Shown here: piece after piece, positions 14,054 through 23,915 of the stretch | Layout of the letters: each line of letters opens with the position of its first letter | How positions within the stretch are numbered: the first letter of the stretch is position 1 | Made by a program: the position numbers and the translations under genes | Source: Chiloscyllium plagiosum | Lineage: Eukaryota | Direction: 5' to 3' | Assembly (NCBI RefSeq): GCF_004010195.1 | Contig: NC_057719.1 | Coordinates: 60,225,051-60,289,050 of the forward strand | DNA: 64,000 bases | Notes under the pieces: generated by a model | What the model saw: the letters and a program-made list of their open reading frames with translations, nothing else | What the model was told of the DNA's origin: nothing | Database searches by the model: none

Positions 14054-14339
14054 TCAAATTTAGTCTTGAAAAAAGTTTTGTGAAGTACCTTATGACACTG
14101 TGCCACTTAAAAACTGCTCCTTAAGTTGTTGTTAGTGACTTTCACTTTTGCTCTGTGACATGAAGCATTTAAATGACCATATATCTTCCTTGAGAAGAGT
14201 CTGTTGCCATCACATCTGGAGAATGACTGCGTCAATTGTCTATGATGCTCTTTGCAACCCTTTATGTAATTTAGACAATTATGCCATGTGTCAAGGTAAT
14301 TCTAATGACTAAACAATACTGACAGGAACTGAAAAGACA

Positions 14340-15280
14340 GACATTTATTTATTTAAATGTTTGTGGGATGTGGCTGTTGCTAGCTGGCCAGTATTTTTTG
14401 CCCGTCCCTAGGTGCCTTTGGTAGCCAGTGGCCTTTTTGAACGGCTGCAGTTCGTCTGCTTTGGGTTGACCCACAATGCCAGTCGGGAACTCCTGCAGAA
14501 ATGTCCTAGAGCTGAGCTGACTGACCTCCTACTCTCAGGTATGACTCCAACCACTGGAGAGTTTGCCCCGATACCATTAATTCCAGTTTAGCTATGGCTC
14601 CATGATGCCACACTAAGTTGAATGCAGCCTTGATGTCAAGAGCTGTTACTCTTACCTTACTTCTGAAATTCAGCTCTTTTGTCCATTTTGAACCAAGGCT
14701 GTAATGAAGTCCAGAGCTGAGTGGTCCCAGTGGAAACCAAACTGGGCGTCACTGAGCAGGTTATTGCTGATCAAGTGCTGCTTGACCTTACTGATGAGAA
14801 CATAATTGATCGAGTTGGATTTGTCCTACTTCGCATTTAAAGGATATACCCAGGTTATTTTCCACATTGTCGGATAGATGCCAATGCTGTAATTGTACTG
14901 GAACAGCTTAGCTAGGGGAGTGGCAAGTTCTGGAGCACAAGTGTTCAGTACTGTTGCTAGGATGTTGTCAGACCCGTAGTCTTTGCAAAATCCAGTGTCT
15001 CCATCCATTTCTTGATAGCACATGGAGCGAATTGGCTGAAGACTGGTATCTGAAATGCTTTATTGAAGGGCTTTTGCCCGAAATGTCGATTTTGCTGCTC
15101 GTCGGATGCTGCCTGAATTGCTGTGCTCTTCCAGCACCACTGATCTAGAATCTGGTTTCCAGCATCTGCAGTCATTGTTTTTACCTCTGAAATGCTGGGG
15201 CCCACTGGAGGAAGCCGAGATGGATCATCCACTTGACACTTCTGGCTGAAGATTGCTGCAAAAGCTTCAGCATTATCTTT
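14340..15280 (-). mobile_element. CR1/L2-clade LINE fragment with 3' tail
   Basis: ORF 14826-15023 gives CAPELATPLAKLFQYNYSIGIYPTMWK (LINE RT). 3' tail near 14345-14420. Confidence 0.8.
15060..15185 (+). mobile_element. 126-bp Neptune-like PLE 3' terminus starting inside a hammerhead motif
   Basis: gaagggcttttgcccgaaatgtcgat...ggatgctgcctga...ccagcatctgcagtc. TSD tctgaaatgct at 15049-15059 and 15186-15196. Confidence 0.8.
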
Positions 15281-15449
15281 TGTGTTTGGATGCTTCTTTC
15301 AAGCTCACTCTACTGCAGCCCAAAGTACTGATATGCAAGATGGCATTAGTCAGCACATAAAGGTTATCTGTGCATTTTTAGCCAGTTAAAATACCAGCAA
15401 TGACTTGATATTTGCCAGTTCATGCTTAAGGATTCTGTATTTAGCCAAG

Positions 15450-15800
15450 AAAAGGCTTGTATTTGTATAGCACCTATTACGTCCTTGGAACCTGTTAAAG
15501 TACTTCATGGTCAATGATCATTGTTTTCACTATTTCAATGTAAATATATATGACATCTAATTTAACACAAGGCCCATAAAACAGAAAATTATGTTAATGA
15601 CTTGATAATATATTTACTTTAGTTGAAGAAAAACATTGTCTAGAGCAGGTGTGAAATTTCCTTTCTTCTTTAAATTGTGCCTTTTGTTTGCCTATCCAAA
15701 AAGGGCATCAGCTGAACATTTCATCTGAAGGATGATACCTCTGAGAATGCAGCTCTTCCTAAGCAATGAGTGTAAGTGCCATTTCAATTGATGTGCTTAA
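15450..15800 (-). mobile_element. Ancient Deu-domain-like SINE remnant
   Basis: aacatttcatctgaaggatgatacctctgagaatgcagc and the tail cttgtatttgtatagcacct resemble the reverse of DeuSINE/AmnSINE1-type consensus as I recall it. Heavily diverged. Confidence 0.5.
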
Positions 15801-17607
15801 GAAGGGTTTTTTTTTGCTGCAGAAACAGAATGAGTATTTCATGCAAAAAAGAAACTCGACTAATTGACATTTTCTAGTAATTTGAATTGATGCTCAAAGA
15901 TTTGATGTTTCAGGCATATCAGACAGCAAGCAGGCTAAAAAATAACTCAGTCTTATGTGAAAAGACAAAGTTCATTCTTTAGGAAGCAAAATATTAACAG
16001 CATCAGTCTCTGACCTGCCAAGTCCCAACCCTCAACACAAGTGGAGATCAAAGTGTGGACAATTTCATCTGTACTCCACCTTAATCAATGCATTGTGTAT
16101 AATTGGATAATGCAAGAGAATAACCATACCACCATGCCGGTTCGCACACCCATAAGCAATTGATGTCAATAATACATTGGAGATATCCAATTTAAATTCT
16201 ACTTCTAAAAAATCATTTTTCAAACAGTGAGTCATTAGGGTTTGACATATATTATCTTGATCTGTGGTGGAGGTAAGTTCAATTGAGGCATTCAAGAGGG
16301 TATTGATTGATTATTTGGATCAAAATCACATGCAAAATCACATGGGGAAAAAGCAGAAGGTTGGCACTAGGTAATAGTCTTCATGTAACAAGCTGGTATA
16401 GGCATGATGGGGTGAATGGCTTTCTTCTGTGCCATAATACTTCAAAGATTCTGCGATTCATTGTCTAAGAATGCAGTCTTGCAGTCAAGACCATTACATT
16501 GTGTGCAGTAATTGCCTCCTTGTCATATCAGTTAAGTTACTGAAATCAGACAAACATACTCAAAGGCATCACTTTAGTTTTTCAATCCACAAAGACAGCA
16601 TTCTCTGAGGATTAAGTTGGTTCCTCCTCAGCGATGAAATACAGCTGAGGGTCTCTGGCACAAGCTGCTTCCTAGTGGAGTTTCACTGGTTGCCACTAAT
16701 AGAAGAGAGGGGATTATATACGTTATGTAAGACGTTTGAAAGCTTGTGAAGGTTAAGAATGAGTTGGCAGTGGTGTTAATGGGAGAGCAGTACAGCACAA
16801 TGAAGTTAACTGGTTTGGTTGGCCATTGAGGGCTCCTTGCTCCCCTGAGTGGTCATATTCATCTCCTGCCAGTTTGAGAATTTTCGCTTTGTAATGAGTG
16901 AGGAGGCTCATCATCCAGACCCAGGCAACCCATATTTTCCATCTGCTACTGTTGATAGCCCACAGTGCCGAATGGATGCCCATCTTCAGTTGCAAGATCT
17001 GTTCAAGGTCTATCTCATTTAGCATGGTGATAGTGCCACACAACACAATGGAGGATACCTTCAATGTGAAGATGGGACTTTAGCTCCACAACCATGGTGC
17101 AGCGATCACTTCTTCCAATACTGTCATGGACAGATGCATCTGTGGCAGAAAGACTTGTGACGATAAGGTCCAACATGTTTATTCCTCATTTGTTCTTTTA
17201 CCACATGCCTCAGACCCAAGCAATGTCCTTTAGGACTTAACCAGCCCAGTTAGCAGTATTGCTCTGGAGTGATTTCTGTTGATGGACATTGAAATTCTCC
17301 ACTAAAAATAAATTCTGCACCCTTGCCACGCTCAGTACTTCCTCCAATTGGAGTTTAGTATGAAGGAGTGCTGATTCATCACCTGGGGGTGAGGAATGGG
17401 GTTACATGGTAATCTGTAGGAGCTTTTCCTGCCCATGTTAGACATGATGCTCAGAGACTTCATGGAATTCAGTCAATGTTGAGGACTACCAGGGAAACTC
17501 TAACTCAACTATATATCATTGTGCTGCCAGCTCTACTGGGCTTATCTGCTGGTGGTACAGAGCATACTTAGGGAAGCTAACTGTGTTGTCTTGGACATGA
17601 TCTATAA

Positions 17608-17777
17608 CGTAGAAGAAAGTGAGGACTGCAGATGCTGGAGATCAGAGCTTAAAAATGTGTTGCTGGAAAAGTGCAGCAGGTCAGGCAGCATCAAAGGAGC
17701 AGGAGAATCGATGTTTCGGGCATAAGCCCTTCTTCAGGAATCCTGAAGAAGGGCTTATGCCCGAAACGTCGATTCTC
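17608..17777 (-). mobile_element. ~170-bp Neptune-like PLE 3' terminus with inverted duplicate of its hammerhead motif
   Basis: TSD catgatctataa at 17596-17607 and 17777-17788. Palindrome arms 17703-17739 / 17741-17777 with 1 mismatch. Confidence 0.85.
17738..17775 (+). ncRNA. Minimal type I hammerhead ribozyme motif (PLE-derived)
   Basis: gaatc-CTGAAGA-a-gggc(ttat)gccc-GAAAC-GTC-gattc: stem I gaatc/gattc, stem II gggc/gccc, intact core, GUC triplet, minimal palindromic stem III (ACGT). Confidence 0.75.
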
Positions 17778-18229
17778 ATGATCTATAAGGTATAATTCCA
17801 TGAGAATGATCATGTCATGCTTGAAGAGTCTGAGAGTAAATTTTCCCTATTTTTGCATTCTCTCCCATATGTTAGTAAGGAGGACTTTGCAGGGTCCAGA
17901 GGGTGGAGATTTCCATTGCCATTTCTGGTGACTAGGTCAGTGCCTGGTGTTCCGCCTGGTTTTGTTGTCTTTTTGAGACTTTTTAGCAGTTTAATATAAC
18001 AATGGTTTGCTAGGACATTTAAGAGGGCAGTTAAGAGATAACCATATTGCTTTCGGTCTGGAGTCACATGACTAGACCAAATAAAGACAGCAATTTCCTT
18101 TCTTAAAGAACATTAGTGAACCAAATGGGCATCTCTATTGTTCCATTCTTCACTGTTGCTGCACTGTGATGTTTATAACTCCTCCTACTGTCTGAGCTCT
18201 TGCTTAAGAAAAAAGATAATGAGATATCA

Positions 18230-18650
18230 GGGGAGACTGTGGTCTAGTGGTATTAGTTCTGGACTGTTAATCCAGAGATCCATGTAATGTTTTGGAAGAA
18301 AGCTATCCACAAGAAAAGGGATCCTTTGTTAAATAACACGGTTGAAATGAACCAACCTGGGTTTGATTCCCACTGTGGCAGATGGTGGAATCTGAATTCA
18401 ATAAAAAAAAAAATCTGGAATGAACAGTCTAATGATGGCTATGAATCTATTGTTGATTGTCGGGAAAAACCCATCTGGTTCACTAATGTATGGTAGGGAA
18501 GGAAACTGTCATCCTTGCCTGGTATGTCCTTCACGTGACTCCAGACTCATAGCAATGCGGTTGACTCTTAACTGCTCTCTGGGCGATTAGGGATGGATAG
18601 TAAATGGTGACCTAACTAGAGATGCCCTCATTCTGTGAATGAATAAAATA
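18230..18650 (+). mobile_element. tRNA-derived shark SINE with LINE-type 3' tail
   Basis: Head gggagactgtggtctagtggtatta...ggactgttaatccagag and gggtttgattccc; tail gggcgattagggatggatagtaaatg...tgaatgaataaaa. Reverse copies near 44900-45200 and 53270-53645. Confidence 0.75.
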
Positions 18651-19510
18651 AAGGCCTTGATACAAATCCCTCCCTTGTTCAAAAGCAGCATACATCCTCA
18701 GCCTCCAACTGAAGGGTGAATTCCAAGTGGATTATCGGGATCTGACGTTGTACTCATCTTGCCCAAAGCTAAGAATACATTTTTACTTCTTGCTGACAGT
18801 TGGTCCAGTTTCCCCTAATGAGATTTCATATGCTACTATTCTCAACTAACTCAATACATGCCAGCTTGGTTTGGAAGGATAGCCTTCTCCTGCTTCCCCC
18901 AGAAAGAAGATCCAGAAGGAAAATGCAGTAAAACTTGAGAATGATACATGTTGGTCAGACATACCTTATATAACTCAAAATGGAGCTCCAGTATGACCAG
19001 TACATTCACTTCTATTTAAGACTTTTCGTTTATATGATGTGTTTTTCCTTTTGATAATCTTCTCTCTCTCCTTCATTGCATTAAGGATGGCCCCAACATC
19101 AACTTCTCCTAAAGAAGGGAATGACCCGCTATCTTCCCCCACACCATTTTTCCTCTCCTACTGCTGCTGTTTCAACCATCTCAGTTAAAGGATACCATGA
19201 TACACTGAAATTGGATCTCACTTGAACAGACCCACCTCCATTCTCAGCCCCATGATTGCTAATTGATGGTCAAAATCACCCCACAGCCTATAGCAGCCTT
19301 CCTCTGTGAAAACCAGAGTGGAATGGGTTGTGATAGCAACCAGCATACCCACAACTTCCATTCTGGGGAGTATCCAGTACCTGGGAACTGTTCCAAATTC
19401 AGGTGGAATAATAAAAACCTAAAGAACTGCAAGTGCTGTGAATCAGAAACAAAAACAGAAGTTGCTGGGAAAGCTCAGCAGGTGTGGCAGCATCAGTGAA
19501 GAGAAATCAA

Positions 19511-19548
19511 AGTTAATGTTTCGGGTCCAGTGACCCTTCCTCAGAACT
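19511..19548 (-). ncRNA. Minimal type I hammerhead ribozyme motif in PLE 3' end
   Basis: Minus strand: agtt-CTGAGGA-a-gggtc(actg)gaccc-GAAAC-att-aact. Stem I agtt/aact and stem II 5 bp are intact; the cleavage triplet appears decayed from GTT to ATT. Confidence 0.7.
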
Positions 19549-19964
19549 GATGGTGGCTCAGAAAATGTTGATTTATATGCAGAAGTGAGGGTGGGGAAGG
19601 GATAAGGAATAAACGATAGGTAGGGATAGAGCGCAAAGAGAGAAGAACAGCTGGACATATGGGAGTCAATAACAATCTGGCTGGTAGCGTGAATACCTGT
19701 TAATGGAGGCTGTCAGTGGCTAACAACAGATGGTGTGTAATAGCAATCAATGTGATAACAAGGCTTGGTATGTGTGTTGGGGGGTCTAGGACATGGGACA
19801 TTTCAAGCCCTTAAATTATTGAACTCAATATTGAGTTCAGAGCTCTGCTGTGTCCCCAAGTGGAAAATGAGATGTTGTTTTTCCAGCTTGCGTTGAACTT
19901 CACTGGAGCACTGCCAGAGGCCTGAGGTGGAGATGTTGGCCTGGGAATGGAGTAGTGTGTTAAA

Positions 19965-21039
19965 AGTCGAGTGTGTCGTGCTGGAAAAGCACAGCAGATC
20001 AGGCAGCATCCGACGAGTAAGAGAATCGAGGTTTCAGACAAAAGCCCTTCAAAAGGATGCCGTGTGGTTGGAAGATTCTGAGGTGGAAGATGAGGCGTTC
20101 TTCCTCCAAGCATCAGAAGGTAAGCGAGTGGCAACGGAGGAGGCCCAGGACCTGCATGTGCTCGGGGGAGTGGGGGAGGGAGTTGAAGTATTTGGTCGGG
20201 GGGGCAGTGGGTTGGTTGGTGCAGGCATCCTGGAGATGTTCTCTGAAGCACTCTGTGAGTGGGGGTCCTGTCTCCCCCATGTAAAGGAGGTCGCATCGGG
20301 AGCAAAGGATACTGTAAATGAGATGTGTGGAAGTTCAGGCAAACTTCTGATGGCTGTGGAAGGCTCCTTTGGGGTCTTGGATGGAGGTGAGGGGGAGGTG
20401 TGGGCACAGGTTTTGCAATTCCTGCAATAGCAGGGGAAGGTGTCGGGAGGTGTGGGTGGGTTGGTCGGGGGCGTGGACCTGGCAAGGGAGTCACGGAGGG
20501 AATGGTCTTATTGGAAAGTAGATAGGGGTGGCAACAGAAATATATCTCTGGTGGTGGAGTCCGTTTGTAGGTGGCGGAAATGACTGAGGGTGATGCGATG
20601 TATACGGAGTTTGGTGGGGTGGAACGTGAGGACAAGTGGGGTTCTGTCGTTGTTGCGGTTAGAGGGGTGGGGTTTGAGGGGGAAGGTGCAGGAAGTGGAT
20701 GAGATGCACTGAAAGGCATCATCAACCATGTGGGAGGGGAAAGGAGGCAATCTGGTGTGTTCTGTAGTGGAACTGGTCTTCCTGGCAGCAGATGTGGCAG
20801 AGATGGAGAAAGTGGGAATAAATGATAGTGTTTTTACAGGCAGGGTGGGAGGAGGTGGAGTCCAGGTAGCTGTGAGAGTCGGTTTGTAGAAGACGTCAGT
20901 ATTGAGTCAGCCACCGTTAATGGAGATGGAGAGGTCCAGGAAGGGGAGGGAAGTGTCTGAGATGGTCTTGGTGAAATTAAGGTTGGGGTAGAATGTCTTG
21001 GTGAAGTTGGTAAACTGTTCAACCTCCTCATGAGACCTC
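19965..21039 (-). mobile_element. Neptune-like PLE B, 5'-truncated, nested in A
   Basis: RTPLVLTFHPTKLRIHRI motif (20508-20750). TSD gtgtgttaaa at 19955-19964 and 21043-21052. Degenerate hammerhead at ~20020-20056. Confidence 0.85.
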
Positions 21040-22218
21040 GTGGTGTGTTAAAGTTGCAGGCAACTGGAAGCTCACGGTCTTTTTATGCAGGCAGAATGCA
21101 GGTGTTCTGCGATGTGGTCACCCAGTTTATGCTTTGTTTCTCCAATGTAGAGGAGACCATATTGTGCGTAGCAAATACAGTAGACGAGATTGTGAGAAGT
21201 GCAGGTAAAGTGCTGCTTCACCTGAAAAGTATGCTTGGGCCCTTGGATACTGAGGAAGGAGGAGGTACATGAGCTGGTGTTACACCTTCAGCGGTTGCAG
21301 AGTAAGGTGCTGTGGGGGAAGGGGGGAGATTTGGAGTGAAGGAAAACTGGACCAGGGTATCCCAGAGGGAACACTCCCTGCGGAAGGTGGACAAGGGAGG
21401 GGAGGGGAATGTGTGTCTCATGGTGGTGTCTTGCTGGAAGTGGTGTAAATGGTGGCTGATAATCTTCTGGATGTAGATGTTGGTGGATGGAGCTAAGGGC
21501 AAGGGGAACCATATTGCTGTTGAAAGGAATTGCTGTTGAAAGGAGGGGATGAGGGCAGAAATGCGGGAAATGGGTTGGACTCAGTTGAAGGCCCTATCAA
21601 CAACGGTGCTGGGAATCATTGGTTGAGGAAGAAGGTGGACATTTCGGAAGCTCCCTTGTTGAAGTTGGCATCGTCGGAACATATGTGACGGAGAGGAGGA
21701 ACTGGGAGAATGGAATGGAGTCTTTACAGGAAACAGGGTGCAAGGATGTATAGTCCAGGTAGCTGTGGGAGTCGAAGGGTTTATATTTGTGGCCAGGCTA
21801 TTAGATGTCAAGGAAGGGACAGGAGGAGTCAGAGATCGACCAGGTGAAAAGTGAGGGCAGGATGGAAATTGGAAGCAAAATCGATAAAATTTTCCAATTC
21901 TAGATGAGAGAGGGAGACAGCATCGACGATATCATCAAAACGTCGAAGAAAGAGTTGTGGATGCAGTCCAGAATAGAACTGGAGCAAGGAATGTTTCATG
22001 TAACCCAAGAAGAGACAGGCATAACTCGGGCCCATGCGAATATCCATGGCCACCCCTTAGACCTAAAGAAAAGAGAAGTTGATGAGGGTGAGGACGAGCT
22101 CAGCCAAACAGAGGAGGAGGGTGGTGGTGAGACGGGGCGAGGCTGGTTTGTGCCTTTGCTCCAGGAGAAAGCAGACAGCCATGAGACCATTCTGGTGGGG
22201 ATGGACGTGTAAAGCGGC

Positions 22219-23915
22219 TAGGTAAAAACAAGGACTGCAGATGCTGGAAACCAGAGACTAGATTAGAGTGGTGCTGGAAAAGCACAGCAGGTCAGGCAGC
22301 ATCNNNNNNNNNNNNNNNNNNNNNNNNNNNNNNNNNNNNNNNNNNNNNNNNNNNNNNNNNNNNNNNNNNNNNNNNNNNNNNNNNNNNNNNNNNNNNNNNN
22401 NNNNNNNNNNNNNNNNNNNNNNNNNNNNNNNNNNNNNNNNNNNNNNNNNNNNNNNNNNNNNNNNNNNNNNNNNNNNNNNNNNNNNNNNNNNNNNNNNNNN
22501 NNNNNNNNNNNNNNNNNNNNNNNNNNNNNNNNNNNNNNNNNNNNNNNNNNNNNNNNNNNNNNNNNNNNNNNNNNNNNNNNNNNNNNNNNNNNNNNNNNNN
22601 NNNNNNNNNNNNNNNNNNNNNNNNNNNNNNNNNNNNNNNNNNNNNNNNNNNNNNNNNNNNNNNNNNNNNNNNNNNNNNNNNNNNNNNNNNNNNNNNNNNN
22701 NNNNNNNNNNNNNNNNNNNNNNNNNNNNNNNNNNNNNNNNNNNNNNNNNNNNNNNNNNNNNNNNNNNNNNNNNNNNNNNNNNNNNNNNNNNNNNNNNNNN
22801 NNNNNNNNNNNNNNNNNNNNNNNNNNNNNNNNNNNNNNNNNNNNNNNNNNNNNNNNNNNNNNNNNNNNNNNNNNNGAACGGTCTTTGCGGAAGGCGGAAA
22901 GGGGTGGGGAGGGAAAAAAATCCCTGGAGGTTTGGGGTCCATTTGGAGGTGGCAGAAATATCGTCGGATGATGTGGTTTATGCGAAGGTTGGTAGGGTGG
23001 AAGGTGAGCACTAGGGGGGTTCTGTCCTTGTTACAGTTAGAGGGGTGGGGTTTGAGGGCGGAGGGACCGGATGTGGATAAGATGCATTGGAGGGCATCTT
23101 TAACCATGTGGGAAGGGAAATTGCGGTCTCTAAAGAAGGAGGCCATTTGGTGTGTTCTGTAGTCGAACTGGTCCTCCTGGGAGCAGATAAGATGGAGGCG
23201 GAGGAATTGGGAATATGGGATGGCATTTTTGCAGGAGGTAGGGTGGGAAGAGGTGTAATCCAGGTAGCTGTGGGAGTCGGTGGGTTTGTAAAAAATGTCA
23301 GTGTCAAGTCGGTTGTCATTAATGGAGATGGAGAGGTCCAGGGAGGGGAGGGAGGTGTCACAGATGGTCCAGGTGAATTTAAGGTCAGGGTGGAATGTGT
23401 TGGTGAAGTTGATGAATTGCTCAACCTCCTCGCGGGAGCACGAGTGGCGCCAATGCAGTCATCAATATAGCGGAGGAAGAGGTGGGGAATGGTGTCAGTG
23501 TAACTACGGAAGATGGACTGTTCCACATAGCCAACAAAGAGACAGGCATAGCTGGGGCCCATAGAGGTTCCCATGGCTACCCCTTTGGTCTGGAGGAAGT
23601 GGGAGGAGTCGAAGGAGGAAATTGTTAAGGATGAGGACCAGTTCGGCCAGAAGAATGAGAGTGTCGGTGGAAGGGTACTGTTGGGGACGTCAGGAGAGGA
23701 AAAAACGGAGGGCTTGGAGGTCCTGGTCATGGCGGATGGAGGTGTAGAGTGATTGGATATCCATGGTGAAAATGAGGCGTTGGGGGCTGGTAAAACAGAA
23801 GTCTTGGAGGAGGTGGAGGGCGTGGGTGGTGTCTCAAACGTATGTGGGGAGTTCCTGGACTAAGGGGCATAGGACAGTGTCAAGGTAGGTGGAGATGAGT
23901 TCGGTGGGGCAGGAG
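22219..23915 (-). mobile_element. Neptune-like PLE C (younger, RT domain; contains gap 22304-22875), nested in A
   Basis: ORF 23011-23730: HFLQTKGVAMGTSMGPSYACLFVGYVEQSIF...LFLRYIDDCIGA (PLE RT motifs B' and C). ORF 22292-23146: DRTPLVLTFHPTNLRI. Confidence 0.9.

Larger units (their letters stand above)
16750..18130 (-). mobile_element. CR1/L2-clade LINE 5' part (endonuclease region)
   Basis: ORF 17810-18067 ...LDPAKSSLLT...; ORF 16753-17064 shows decayed LINE ORF2 sequence. Same family as 14340-15280. Confidence 0.7.

Noticed and set aside
18230..18375. tRNA-like sequence
   Set aside because: SINE head with an insertion; no complete cloverleaf, so not a tRNA gene.
19811..20725. 304-aa Pro-rich ORF
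   Set aside because: Off-frame reading of C-rich PLE sequence, crossing an insertion junction.
22268..23146. Long ORFs of 248/284 aa
   Set aside because: Length is inflated by the N gap; the real part is PLE coding sequence.
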